IMG/VR virus record: IMGVR_UViG_3300028840_002431
Span: 248,001-312,000 of that record
DNA length: 64,000 bases
Direction: 5' to 3' (one strand)
Shown: one piece after another, positions 8,094-17,330 of the stretch
Numbering within the stretch: the stretch's first letter is position 1
Layout: each line of letters opens with the position of its first letter
The notes under the pieces: generated by a model
What the model was told of the DNA's origin: nothing
The model's input: only the letters and a program-made list of their open reading frames with translations
Database searches by the model: none
Position numbers and translations under genes: made by a program

Positions 8094-9444
8094 GTCTTTC
8101 TTCTTCCCGAGGCCACGGGGTCTTGTCTTCGTATGTGGGTCCGGTTGAGCACAGTGTTACAGGTGTCTTGAGTTCTTGCGCTATATCGTCCAGGAAAGCG
8201 CTTCTGTCAAAAAGCTTCACGACCGGGATTGCGTTTTCGATCTTACGAGTTAACTCTTCTTGCTTGTCGAGATTGGGTTCTAGCCCTCGAAGGCAGCCGT
8301 AGAGATCCAGACGCTGTTGGACCGGCAGTTTGGTAATAGAGACGCCTTTTTCTAACACATAACCTACACACACTGACGGCCGGTCCGTTACTCTCAATTT
8401 ATCGAGGTTGGTGATCACCAATTCATCTACACCACCGATAACTTCAAGGGCGTATCTGGCCAGGACCATGTCGAAGTGCCCCAGGCGGAAGCTCTGTTGC
8501 CACTCGCCGTATTTGTTGTGTGTATCCGTGGCGTACTCTGTACAATTTCCGGCCGCGTCCTTGTCATGGACCTCCGTTGGGAAGGGGCCAGCGCCGTGCC
8601 TTGTCATGTAGGCGCGTAGAATTCCCATCCTACGTACCGGCCCGTTGAAATCTCCGAGTAGTTCGTAGGCGTTGTTGAAGGTTATGTCGGAGCGCGTGAC
8701 GTAAGGGAAGAAACCGTAATCCTGGTCCAACAAGACCCCCTGCGCTCCCTCGAAGATAACGGTCGAATCCCGCGACAACCGGAATTCTAACCAGTTGCGA
8801 TCGACGATGTTAATCTTGCAGCCAAAGGCGTGATACCGCACCGCGTAGTAAGACAATGCCGCTTCATCCCGGAGCAAGAGCAGGTTGGGGTCCCCGGCAT
8901 CAATGTCACACCCCTCGAACTCCTTCAGTTTCAGGTTTCGCGAGAAACGCAACTTCTCGTGAACCTTATCCCGATTCGGGAGATCCCCGATCCTCAGTGC
9001 CATGTCAGGATGCTCCAAGGCGTCCTTGGCTGTTTCTCCGATACCCATTCCGCAAGATCCGTGACGCTTGTTTCGAATGGTCTCTCGTAACCGGTTGGCG
9101 GCCACCTGATAGACGTTCGTTACCAGGGCTTCGCCTTCGACGAACAAGACGTTGTAGGGAGAGTGGCCAAGGGCCACAAGAGCTTGGACCTCCTCCTCCA
9201 AGGCGAGCGGGTTGACCATCATGTATCGGCTCAAGAGAGTGTCCGCCCCGGCCAGCGTCCCGCTACCAAACTGTGCAAACGTGTGGTGAGTTCCGTTGGG
9301 GAGAACGACGTTGTGAGCGGCTTGAGCACCTCCACAGTATCTGACTACCAGTTTGGAATGGTAGAGGCGGGTCAGGTAATCGACGATGGAGCCTTTGCCC
9401 TCATCCCCGAAACCCAACCCGGCTATGAGGATCACCTTTGCCAC
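8044..9444 (-). CDS. Adenylosuccinate synthetase-like protein (divergent PurA family)
   Basis: GLGFGDEGKG, GGAQAAH, GSCGMGIG, FEGAQGVLLD..FPYVTRS, AYMTRHGAGPFPTE; GTG start overlaps the NAMPT stop (TAGTG). Confidence 0.88.
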   Translation of the reverse strand: MAKVILIAGLGFGDEGKGSIVDYLTRLYHSKLVVRYCGGAQAAHNVVLPNGTHHTFAQFGSGTLAGADTLLSRYMMVNPLALEEEVQALVALGHSPYNVLFVEGEALVTNVYQVAANRLRETIRNKRHGSCGMGIGETAKDALEHPDMALRIGDLPNRDKVHEKLRFSRNLKLKEFEGCDIDAGDPNLLLLRDEAALSYYAVRYHAFGCKINIVDRNWLEFRLSRDSTVIFEGAQGVLLDQDYGFFPYVTRSDITFNNAYELLGDFNGPVRRMGILRAYMTRHGAGPFPTEVHDKDAAGNCTEYATDTHNKYGEWQQSFRLGHFDMVLARYALEVIGGVDELVITNLDKLRVTDRPSVCVGYVLEKGVSITKLPVQQRLDLYGCLRGLEPNLDKQEELTRKIENAIPVVKLFDRSAFLDDIAQELKTPVTLCSTGPTYEDKTPWPREEERHGTDSDRTQEQEVRPH

Positions 9445-10844
9445 TACAACTCCGCCCGCTCCCTGATGTGGGCCAGCGACTGATCCCACAGAAGCTCACC
9501 GTCCCGGAAGACCTCTGTCAGTTGTGGGACGCCCGCTGTTATGAAATTCCCTCGTTCGGGTACCGTGTGCCATGCCCCGTCTTGCTCGCGGATGACCAGG
9601 AAACGGCCCCGCTTGCTCTTCTTGGCCGACGACGTGACAGGGTCTTTGTACACGTCCCGCTCGTAGTCCTTACCCTTGGCCCACGAGCATTTGAAGGCGA
9701 ACTGTAGGGTATCCCTGTTGAACTTCTGTAACAGGCCGCCGCCGCTACCGAAAGCGATGTTGTCGATCGACCACCCCGAGTTGAGCAAGGCCCTGACTAT
9801 CGTCCCCAACATCTCCCTGTCGATACCATCTCCCTGGATGACGCGGACTTGCGGGGGAAGGACCTTGTACCCTTTCTCGTTCTTCTCCACACCAAAAGCG
9901 TCTCCCAGACCCTTGAGGACCTGGAGCACGGTGATGGGAAGCTCTCCCGAGTCAGGACGGACTACGAGCGTACCGTCACGGCTCAGGATCTGGTCTTTCA
10001 GTTCCTGACCCCAGTACACTTCGACGGCCCTCATGATGTCGAAACTGTCGCTCACACAGGCCACCAGACCCGTGGGGTACTGGTTCAACATGTTCCTGAA
10101 AGCGTCGAGTTCGTGCTCTTTGCCCCATGCTGTGATGGTCGAGTGCTCCGAGGCCGGGATGCTAACACCCGGCATCTCACAGCCGTAGAAGTCCATCAAC
10201 ATGTTACAGGCGATGAACGTGTCGGTGCCCTGGAAGTTGACCAAGTGGGCCGCCCCTCCAAGGGCCGCTTGCTCTGGGCACGAGACCCCACGGAAGCCGA
10301 AATCGTGGAGCTTGAATGGCAGCCCAGCAAGGTCTCCGCTCTTCTCCAGAGCGTCGTGGAGGATTTCCTTACACCCTCTCGAATTGGTGGCGATCGTGCT
10401 GGCGTACCAGACCTCAACGAGTATGGTTTCCAGCCAGTTGGTCAGCCAGTAGCACTCCGGGTCGGTGTTCTCGATCGTCATCAACGGCGTGCTCGTAGGA
10501 ACGACCGATCCTTCCGGCACTGCCTGTATGGAGACGGGCAGCTTGCCGCCGTGTTTGTCGATAATGTGCTGCCAACCGGCGACATTGAAGAGCTTGTCGT
10601 TGCCGAAGTGGGCCGCCCAACGCTTCGCAGACTTGTCAAGCCCCTCCTGCGTTACAACGACACCAGCGAGGTATTGTTTCAAGAAGTATTGCAGCCCGAA
10701 GAACACGACATAATCGCTCCACGACAGAGGTTTGCCGCGTGACTCGAAGTACGAGTAGACGTTCGTCGTGTCAGGTGGGTATTGAAGCCAGTGGGTTCCC
10801 TTGTAGCTGTCGGTTGCCCGTGTGATATCAAGTATTGGTTGCAT
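9444..10844 (-). CDS. nadV: Nicotinamide phosphoribosyltransferase (NAMPT)
   Basis: TDSYK..H..QYP, KLHDFGFRG, SIPASEHS, VSDSFD, VRPDSG, IQGDG, FGSGGGLLQ..RDT..FAFK. Confidence 0.95.
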   Translation of the reverse strand: MQPILDITRATDSYKGTHWLQYPPDTTNVYSYFESRGKPLSWSDYVVFFGLQYFLKQYLAGVVVTQEGLDKSAKRWAAHFGNDKLFNVAGWQHIIDKHGGKLPVSIQAVPEGSVVPTSTPLMTIENTDPECYWLTNWLETILVEVWYASTIATNSRGCKEILHDALEKSGDLAGLPFKLHDFGFRGVSCPEQAALGGAAHLVNFQGTDTFIACNMLMDFYGCEMPGVSIPASEHSTITAWGKEHELDAFRNMLNQYPTGLVACVSDSFDIMRAVEVYWGQELKDQILSRDGTLVVRPDSGELPITVLQVLKGLGDAFGVEKNEKGYKVLPPQVRVIQGDGIDREMLGTIVRALLNSGWSIDNIAFGSGGGLLQKFNRDTLQFAFKCSWAKGKDYERDVYKDPVTSSAKKSKRGRFLVIREQDGAWHTVPERGNFITAGVPQLTEVFRDGELLWDQSLAHIRERAEL

Positions 10845-11757
10845 GGCTTCTCCTTATTGCGCGGGTTGCGATATCCAACAGTTCGGAATGGCTGTCGGCG
10901 TAGTCGTATTGCTCTAACCGGTCGATATTGACCCAGAGACATTCGTCCAGATCGTCGTTGCCCTTGGCCGATCCGAAGACGTATTTGGCCAGATACAACG
11001 TGGTGAACATGGCGTAGCCAGGGGCGTCCCGCGCCACCACTCGAATCTGAGACAGGGGCGTGAAACCAGCGGCCTCGATACCGGTCTCTTCCAAAAGCTC
11101 ACGTTTGGCGGCGGCTTCTCCCCCGGCGTCGTCGGCATTGATATGGCCGCCTGGGAGCCTCAAGATACCGCCCTCCCGTTCACGCCTACCGAGTAGGACC
11201 TCAATCCCGCCGTCTTCCGTCGGCCGCCACACACAGATATCCACGACCGGGTCACAGCGGGCAAACTGGTTTGTCGCGCCGTAGATGACACCTCTACGAA
11301 AAGCCTCCGACACCTCCTGGCTACGTCCCGCTTCTAACCGCAGTTCGGTTGCCGACACATGCGGGATCTCTTCGATCTCCCGAACCTGGAAAGGGCCATG
11401 ATACCCGCTTTGAAGCGACTTCTTGGAGTTAGGACGGCCGCAGTAGATCACCACGTCATCCGTGGGGAACATGATGTTGATAAGTTGGTTGAGGTGTTTG
11501 GTCCAGCGCTCGTCTGTCGGTTGGTCGGGGAGCGGTACGACCACAGCACGCGGGTACTCCTCCTTGATCATCTGCTCACGCGCTTGGTAATCCAGGGGGT
11601 CTCGCGGCGTTCCGATAACCCGACTGACACCGACGCAGACCAGTAACTTGCTGTGGTTCCCGGCTGTGTTGAGCAACGCTCTGTGCCCCTCAGTCAACCT
11701 GTGGCACTGGAAACGTCCAATAACAACTCCGACGCTGGCTTTTCTCTTTTCGCTCAT
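10828..11757 (-). CDS. nadM: Bifunctional NMN adenylyltransferase / ADP-ribose pyrophosphatase (NadM-Nudix)
   Basis: IGRFQ...TEGH and SATELR in the N-terminal domain; Nudix box GGHINADDAGGEAAAKRELLEETG. Confidence 0.9.
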   Translation of the reverse strand: MSEKRKASVGVVIGRFQCHRLTEGHRALLNTAGNHSKLLVCVGVSRVIGTPRDPLDYQAREQMIKEEYPRAVVVPLPDQPTDERWTKHLNQLINIMFPTDDVVIYCGRPNSKKSLQSGYHGPFQVREIEEIPHVSATELRLEAGRSQEVSEAFRRGVIYGATNQFARCDPVVDICVWRPTEDGGIEVLLGRREREGGILRLPGGHINADDAGGEAAAKRELLEETGIEAAGFTPLSQIRVVARDAPGYAMFTTLYLAKYVFGSAKGNDDLDECLWVNIDRLEQYDYADSHSELLDIATRAIRRSHATNT

Positions 11758-11772
11758 GTTTCCTGGAGAGAT

Positions 11773-11798
11773 GGGGAGGGGGCCGGAACCCCCTCCCC
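11773..11798. other. GC-rich intergenic hairpin between the vWA gene and nadM
   Basis: GGGGAGGGGG-ccggaa-CCCCCTCCCC, 10-bp perfect stem with no U-tract on the coding strand (stabiliser or attenuator?). Confidence 0.6.
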
Positions 11799-11811
11799 TA
11801 TGGGTTAGGGT

Positions 11812-12792
11812 TTACAGTCGTACGTTTGTGCTCGCCTTATCTCCGTCCGGGACATCCCCGACGGTCGCGTCTCGAAGGGCTTCGCTGTTGGCCAGGGAGT
11901 TCAGGGCGGCCGTGACCACCTTGGCGTCCTTGCCGCCGCCGAGATCCGCCTCCACCTTGTCCAGGGTCAGCGCGTTCTCGAACATACCGACGCACGATCC
12001 GATGGCCTCACAGACCACTTCCGGGTCGTCCAGCATAAGGACGTGCTCTTCACCGACCAGTTCGGACCACGTCTCCTTCAGCCACGGCTCGCTGTAGTAG
12101 GAACTGCCGCCCGGAATGATGAAGAACAGGTTGTAACGCTCCTGGACCTCCTTGATGAGTTCCTTCGTCGTCACGTTCTGGTTCACCTTGTCCCCGAAGA
12201 TGTCCTTGATCTCCCGAGGGGTGGAACCCCCGTAAGGCCGCTCATCTCCGATCAGGAACAGGTAGCCCTTCTTGCCCCGCTTCTCCCAACAGTCGATGCT
12301 GGTCTTGCGGGCGAAGAAGTACAGGGCATTCTGGTAACTCTCTTCCCGGCTACCGCCACCCCCGCCTTCCAGGTACAGAAGGCCGAGTTGCTCGTCGATC
12401 TCGATTCCGGACTCGAACTGTCCGACTTGCAGTGGGACCCGGTCGGAGTTGTAGTCCCCAACACCGCCGACCATGATCTGAGGATCTTCGCAGTACTCCT
12501 TCTCCAGCAAAATCCCCATGAGCTTGGTCAGCTTCTCCTGTAACCGAGTCGGGACACTCCTCATGGAACCGGTGACATCGAACATGACTCCGATGGCTAC
12601 CGAGTTCGGATGAGCGTCCGAATCCCGAGACTCCCGGACCTCCACTCCCTTTGGGTCCAGCATGTCGTGGGCCTTGGCCGTCGTTCGCCCCCTTCTGATG
12701 TTGTCATCGTGGGCAAACGTCGGTGTGTTCGTCGCGGCCCGGTGACGGGCGCGGTCTCTGTACAGATCACTGCTCCAACTTGAACCACCCAT
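11812..12792 (-). CDS. vWA (MIDAS) domain protein
   Basis: MFDVTGSM MIDAS-like motif, GGGG..ESY, FLIGDE. Confidence 0.8.
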   Translation of the reverse strand: MGGSSWSSDLYRDRARHRAATNTPTFAHDDNIRRGRTTAKAHDMLDPKGVEVRESRDSDAHPNSVAIGVMFDVTGSMRSVPTRLQEKLTKLMGILLEKEYCEDPQIMVGGVGDYNSDRVPLQVGQFESGIEIDEQLGLLYLEGGGGGSREESYQNALYFFARKTSIDCWEKRGKKGYLFLIGDERPYGGSTPREIKDIFGDKVNQNVTTKELIKEVQERYNLFFIIPGGSSYYSEPWLKETWSELVGEEHVLMLDDPEVVCEAIGSCVGMFENALTLDKVEADLGGGKDAKVVTAALNSLANSEALRDATVGDVPDGDKASTNVRL

Positions 12793-12794
12793 TG

Positions 12795-13550
12795 TTATTG
12801 TTCCTTCCTTTTGTTCGTTGTTTGCATCTCGAAGTTGAATCCGTCGCGTACAGCCTTCTCGTAAGCCTTCTTGTTGAACCGGTAGAGTGTCGCGGGCGGA
12901 CCGGGGCGCTTACTGTTCCGGCGTTCCCCCGCCTTGACCAAGATACCCGTGGCCTGATTGAGTATCCGAATGCGTTTCCGGAAGTTGCCCCTGTCCAGAG
13001 GCCGAAAGAGAACGGCCTCGTACAGCCTTTGAAGCTGTGCCAGCGTGAAGCGCCTAGGCAACAGGTTGAAGCCGACGATGGGCGCGTACATAACCTTGCC
13101 TTGAAGACGGGTAACTGCTGTTTGAAGAATCTCGTGGTGGTCGAAGGCCCAGTCGGATGGAGGCAACGCCATGGCGTCCGCCACCGACATCCACAACGCC
13201 TCTGTGGCGTCCGTGCCGCACTTCGCTATGTGGTCCTGAGTGCGAACAAGGCCGTAGTAGGCGACCGACAGGACACGACCACGAGGGTCGCGGTCCGGAG
13301 CGTCGAACGTGTAAAGCTGTTCCAAGAAACCGACCGTGATGCCAGTCTCTTCTCGCAGCTTCCGTTCGGCCGCGTTTTCGGCTGTCTCGTCAGGGAGATT
13401 GATAAACCCACCGGGAAGCGCCCACTTTCCCTTGAATGGCTCCACGCCCCGACGGATCAACACGACCTCGATACGCCCTTCCGGGTGAAAACCAAAGAGG
13501 ACGCAGTCCACGGTTACATCGGCCTTCGGGTATTTGTACGTGTGTGCCAT
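12795..13550 (-). CDS. nrtR: NrtR-family ADP-ribose-responsive transcriptional regulator (Nudix + wHTH)
   Basis: TVDCVLF, WALPGGF, RDPRGRVLSVAY, AFDHHEI; C-terminal FTLAQLQRLYEAVL..DRGNFRKR..PATLYRF. Confidence 0.9.
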   Translation of the reverse strand: MAHTYKYPKADVTVDCVLFGFHPEGRIEVVLIRRGVEPFKGKWALPGGFINLPDETAENAAERKLREETGITVGFLEQLYTFDAPDRDPRGRVLSVAYYGLVRTQDHIAKCGTDATEALWMSVADAMALPPSDWAFDHHEILQTAVTRLQGKVMYAPIVGFNLLPRRFTLAQLQRLYEAVLFRPLDRGNFRKRIRILNQATGILVKAGERRNSKRPGPPATLYRFNKKAYEKAVRDGFNFEMQTTNKRKEQ

Positions 13551-13560
13551 ACCAGCCTTC

Positions 13561-13602
13561 GTGTACTATGGACACTGTGCCCTTTGGACACAAATATGTC
13601 AA
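13561..13602 (-). promoter_or_regulatory. Tandem NrtR-box-like operators overlapping a sigma70-type promoter
   Basis: GTGT-actatgg-ACAC (13561-13575) and GTGc-cctttgg-ACAC (13577-13591); TTGACA on the minus strand at 13597-13602. Confidence 0.7.
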
Positions 13603-13684
13603 TAAGAGAATGAAACAGATTCGCAACTTACCGGAACCATTAGAATAAATAGGGCCGAAAAGACACAAATAAGCCGATGAACCG

Positions 13685-13873
13685 TCAGCGCTTGGCCAGA
13701 TACTTTTCGTTCAAGGTCTCGACCCAGAGCTTCTGGTGCGGGTCCAAATCCCCACCCTCCGAGACGTTCTTGGCTAATTTCTCGAAGGCCGCACGCTCCG
13801 GTTTCGTCAGTTTCTTGGATTCGAGTAGAAGTCGAACCAGAGTCTTGTGGGGAAGGTTTCTTCTCTTCGGCAT
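13685..13873 (-). CDS. Small hypothetical protein
   Basis: ORF MPKRRNL...; start uncertain. Confidence 0.45.
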   Translation of the reverse strand: MPKRRNLPHKTLVRLLLESKKLTKPERAAFEKLAKNVSEGGDLDPHQKLWVETLNEKYLAKR

Positions 13874-13932
13874 TAAGAGGCGGTACACCACCAAAACCGA
13901 AGACTTCCCTCAGTCGCTAGTACACCGTGGTA

Positions 13933-14145
13933 CTATAGTTGATAATTTGATGGATCTATGCCCAACCAGTCCGCGAATAACCGATCGTCGTTCAAAACGA
14001 CGCGGCAAAAGTGATCCCTCTGCCGTTCATATTCGCTGCGGCACTCCTGGCTACAGCACATATCTCCATCAATACTAACAACCACCGCGCCCATGCTTTT
14101 GAGCGGGTCCTTACCACAGTTCTCGTTCAAGCATCTGGCCATCAT
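13933..14145 (-). CDS. Small Cys-rich protein
   Basis: CLNENC...CCSQEC; overlaps the upstream stop. Confidence 0.5.
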   Translation of the reverse strand: MMARCLNENCGKDPLKSMGAVVVSIDGDMCCSQECRSEYERQRDHFCRVVLNDDRLFADWLGIDPSNYQL

Positions 14146-14438
14146 TCAACCCTCGTGCAAACACCATAGATAGAGTTACGCCCTATCCAACCGTTAATGC
14201 GTCCTTTGTTGTTGCCGATCTGGAAGCGCTCTCCCTGGACTGCCTTCACCAGATGCAGGTACTGGCTCCCTCGAACCTTACAAAGGACGATGTCTCCGAC
14301 TTCGATTACTTTGGAGATCGGTTCGACCGTACACAACTGGCCGGACTCGATCTTCCCTTTCATGGAAGTACCGCGTGGGCGAAACCGAACCGTCTTACCA
14401 GCGTTGAGTTTCTCGATATGTTGAGTCGCCCAGCCCAC
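14142..14438 (-). CDS. S24/S26 peptidase-like protein
   Basis: GTSMKGKIESG...GDIVLCKV..YLHLVK...GNN. Confidence 0.65.
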   Translation of the reverse strand: MGWATQHIEKLNAGKTVRFRPRGTSMKGKIESGQLCTVEPISKVIEVGDIVLCKVRGSQYLHLVKAVQGERFQIGNNKGRINGWIGRNSIYGVCTRVE

Positions 14439-14468
14439 GGAACAGCCTGAGTAGTTTAGCCACCGACG

Positions 14469-15188
14469 TTATGTGCGAGCGGCGGCCCGGCTCGATTTTT
14501 TTGAGGACTTGCCATTGTTGGCGTGTCGCAGTTTCCGAAGCTCCGCGTCCTGGTCGTCGTACTTGCTCTGCAACTCTTCGTACTTTCTCCGTAACTTGTA
14601 GTTCTTTTCCCGTTCCTGGTTGAGTTCGTCCCGTTCCGCTCGTAGCCGAGAGTAGTTGGCGAACAGAGCAGCGACGTGCTCACCTTTAAAGGTCTTCAAC
14701 ACATCGGCGGCGGCGTGAAAAGTGTCGCCCCTGGTCCGGCTTCCGCGAAACTCACGGATGAATTCTTCGCGGTGCTGCCATGGCGAGAAGAATTCCACCA
14801 CATGCCCCCTCAAATTCGCGTTCATCTGTAGCTCGTGCCCCTTGCTTCGTAGCAAGTGTTCGATCGCCTCCATCTCGTCGCCCCTCGACCCTTGAAGATC
14901 CCCGAGGCTGGCCGCCATCCTGTCCAATTCCTGTTGAGCTTCTTCGGAAACTCTCTCTACCTTTCTGGACTCGATGTCGAAGCACAGGTTGAGAAGGTCG
15001 ATTAACTTGACCTTCTCGTCTTTGGTGACGTGTTCGTTGTCGAACGCTTCCGTCACGATTTTACGGAGGGCGTCAACCTCGATCTCCGTGCTCTCCTGAG
15101 TGAGATTACCAGCGACAAGGGACGCCTTGCTCGTGATGTCTCTTTTGAGGGACTGAAAGTTAACTGCGGGTTTTTCGGTTTCTGGCAT
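14469..15188 (-). CDS. Hypothetical coiled-coil protein
   Basis: RBS GGAGA before MPETEK; heptad-like C-terminus. Confidence 0.55.
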   Translation of the reverse strand: MPETEKPAVNFQSLKRDITSKASLVAGNLTQESTEIEVDALRKIVTEAFDNEHVTKDEKVKLIDLLNLCFDIESRKVERVSEEAQQELDRMAASLGDLQGSRGDEMEAIEHLLRSKGHELQMNANLRGHVVEFFSPWQHREEFIREFRGSRTRGDTFHAAADVLKTFKGEHVAALFANYSRLRAERDELNQEREKNYKLRRKYEELQSKYDDQDAELRKLRHANNGKSSKKSSRAAART

Positions 15189-15226
15189 AGTATCTTCTCC
15201 ACGTAGGTTATTAGGGTTATTAGGTT

Positions 15227-16021
15227 TCAAAGGTCTTGAGTGTCGATCCACCATCCGATAAGGAATGTCAGTCCGACCTCAGTGTAAGGTCCATCCCGGC
15301 GAACGATACGGCCGGTGACAATCGGATCACGAGCGCGACGACGGGCGCGACGAGCCGGTAACACGCCGATCTCGTCAAAGAGTTTGAGGGCCATGGCTTT
15401 CCCGGCGTTGTCAAGAATCTGGGGTTTCACCCGTTTCATGGGGAAGTCAGGAGGCTTCCAGGAGTCCGCCCAAGCTGTGACCCTGGTGCGAGTCTTGCCG
15501 TTGCTATCCGTTATCTCTTTACTTCTCTCGCGCAACTCAGCCTCAGGGCTTTGGTACTCACCCTCCCCAAGAGGCGGAGAGTCTGTTTGTTGATCCTGGA
15601 TGTCGGGAACCCAACCGTGCTCGTTGGAGCGGGTGTTCTTCCGGGGCTTCTTCTTACTGGTACGGATGGCGAATATCTGGGTCGGAAAGTCGGGTATGAT
15701 GCAAAACCCCTCTTCCAGGGCCGCCAAGCCCTTCTCGTAAAAGTTGAAACGGCCACGAGCGAGACCGACCTGACGTGTCCAGCCGCGAGTGGCCCACTTT
15801 CGTTTCTTGGCCTGTTCGAGGTTGGCTTCTGCGTCGTCTAGTTCCACCCTGGCGAGCCGGACCCTCTCCTGAAACCAGCCGATCAATTGCTTCTGGCTGG
15901 CCGCCATCTCTTGTGGGTCCTTGGCCAGGACCACCATGTTCTCAGCCAGGGGGAAACTGGGTAAGTTCTCCTGGGGCGGCGGTGCGACTATAGCTTCACC
16001 AGGGTTGGTTTTCTCGTCCAT
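15227..16021 (-). CDS. Hypothetical protein
   Basis: RBS GGAGGAG before MDEKTN; follows the promoter motif. Confidence 0.65.
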   Translation of the reverse strand: MDEKTNPGEAIVAPPPQENLPSFPLAENMVVLAKDPQEMAASQKQLIGWFQERVRLARVELDDAEANLEQAKKRKWATRGWTRQVGLARGRFNFYEKGLAALEEGFCIIPDFPTQIFAIRTSKKKPRKNTRSNEHGWVPDIQDQQTDSPPLGEGEYQSPEAELRERSKEITDSNGKTRTRVTAWADSWKPPDFPMKRVKPQILDNAGKAMALKLFDEIGVLPARRARRRARDPIVTGRIVRRDGPYTEVGLTFLIGWWIDTQDL

Positions 16022-16041
16022 AACACTCCTCCAATCTCCTA

Positions 16042-16105
16042 GTATTACACCGGATTTCAACACCCTGCAATTTATTTTGGATTTCCCAAAGGTGCGGTGT
16101 AGTAG
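16042..16105. promoter_or_regulatory. Divergent pair of promoter motifs
   Basis: CCGGTGTAATAC on minus (16042-16053) and GCGGTGTAGTAG on plus (16094-16105, 6 nt before ATG 16112). Confidence 0.7.
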
Positions 16106-16111
16106 TAGGAA

Positions 16112-16462
16112 ATGAGCCGCCCCACATTTACCGCCGAATTCTACGAAAAACTCTATGATCTCTTAGTGGATCTCGCCGGGGCACCGGCTTCGATGAAAGA
16201 GAATTTCGTACACTACGCCACCAACGAAGCGGGCGATCATTTCGAGTACCGGTTCCAGGGGAAGTTCGGTTTCGGGGGCAAGATCTGGCGACGGGCAGCC
16301 GATTACGACTACGAGACGCAAACCACCGCCTACCGCCACGACATCAACGCCTACACCGAAGATTACACCCCGGAACTACGTAGGCTTCAAAAGGAGATCA
16401 ACAAGCGTCTAGCTCAGATGGACGCCGACTTCTGCGAGGGAAAATGGAAATCCAATCACTGA
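16112..16462 (+). CDS. Hypothetical protein
   Basis: First gene of a plus-strand block; EYRFQGKFGFGGK motif. Confidence 0.6.
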   Translation: MSRPTFTAEFYEKLYDLLVDLAGAPASMKENFVHYATNEAGDHFEYRFQGKFGFGGKIWRRAADYDYETQTTAYRHDINAYTEDYTPELRRLQKEINKRLAQMDADFCEGKWKSNH

Positions 16463-17322
16463 GCATTTGCGTCCCGTCAAAAGGATGTCCCAACAGGTGT
16501 CCTTTCTGTGTTTCTCGCCAACACGATGAGCGTTGGAAGGCTCCATCGGATTTCGTGTACGAGAGGGACTTGATACGCCGAATGCAGTTCGCCCGTGACA
16601 ACCACTGCAACACCGTTGTCCTGACGGGAACCGGCGAACCGATGCTCAACCATGACTTCTTTTCCGTTTTCGGCAAGATCAACTGCGAGCTAACGACGCC
16701 TTTCCAGTGGATCGAGCTTCAAACATCCGGCGTCACGTTGAACGACACCCATCTGCTCGACCACCTCTACGATACAGGCGTAAGCACAATCAGCCTGAGC
16801 GTTGCCAACATCTTCAGCGGTGAGGGCAATGCCGACCTGATGGAAATCCCCGCGAAGCTCCGGTTCTCTCTGCGAGAGCTTTGCAAGAAAATCAAGGATC
16901 GAGGGTTGAATCTACGCCTCTCGTTGAACATGACGGATCTTTACAACGATCGGTCGCCGGACGAGATCTTCGGCGCGGCCCAGTTGCTGGGAGCCGACCA
17001 ACTAACGTTTCGGTACCTTTTCGAAAACAACGGAGACTCAAAACAGGCCCAGTGGGTGAAGGGCCATCGTTACGATCCTGACCCGGAGGTGCAAAAGACT
17101 GCCCTCTACCTGGACCCCATAAAGCGGTACATCGTGGGAGAGGGCCGCGAATTGGAGACGCTACCTTTCGGCGCTACCCGTTACTCTGTCCACGGGATCT
17201 CAACGGTGATCGACTCCGACTGCATGAGCGTCAAGGCAGACAACGTTATCCGATATCTGATTATCCGTGAAAACGGCAAGCTGTACACCAAGTGGGACGA
17301 TGAAGGGTCCCTGTTGTTCTAG
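16444..17322 (+). CDS. Radical SAM protein
   Basis: CPNRCPFC (CxxxCxxC), LTGTGEP. Confidence 0.85.
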   Translation: MEIQSLSICVPSKGCPNRCPFCVSRQHDERWKAPSDFVYERDLIRRMQFARDNHCNTVVLTGTGEPMLNHDFFSVFGKINCELTTPFQWIELQTSGVTLNDTHLLDHLYDTGVSTISLSVANIFSGEGNADLMEIPAKLRFSLRELCKKIKDRGLNLRLSLNMTDLYNDRSPDEIFGAAQLLGADQLTFRYLFENNGDSKQAQWVKGHRYDPDPEVQKTALYLDPIKRYIVGEGRELETLPFGATRYSVHGISTVIDSDCMSVKADNVIRYLIIRENGKLYTKWDDEGSLLF

Positions 17323-17330
17323 GAGAAGAG

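Noticed and set aside
8044-9444. PurZ (2-aminoadenine, Z-genome) synthase
   Set aside because: The catalytic Asp of GDEGKG is retained (PurZ has Ser there), and the context is an NrtR/NAD operon rather than a Z-genome cluster.
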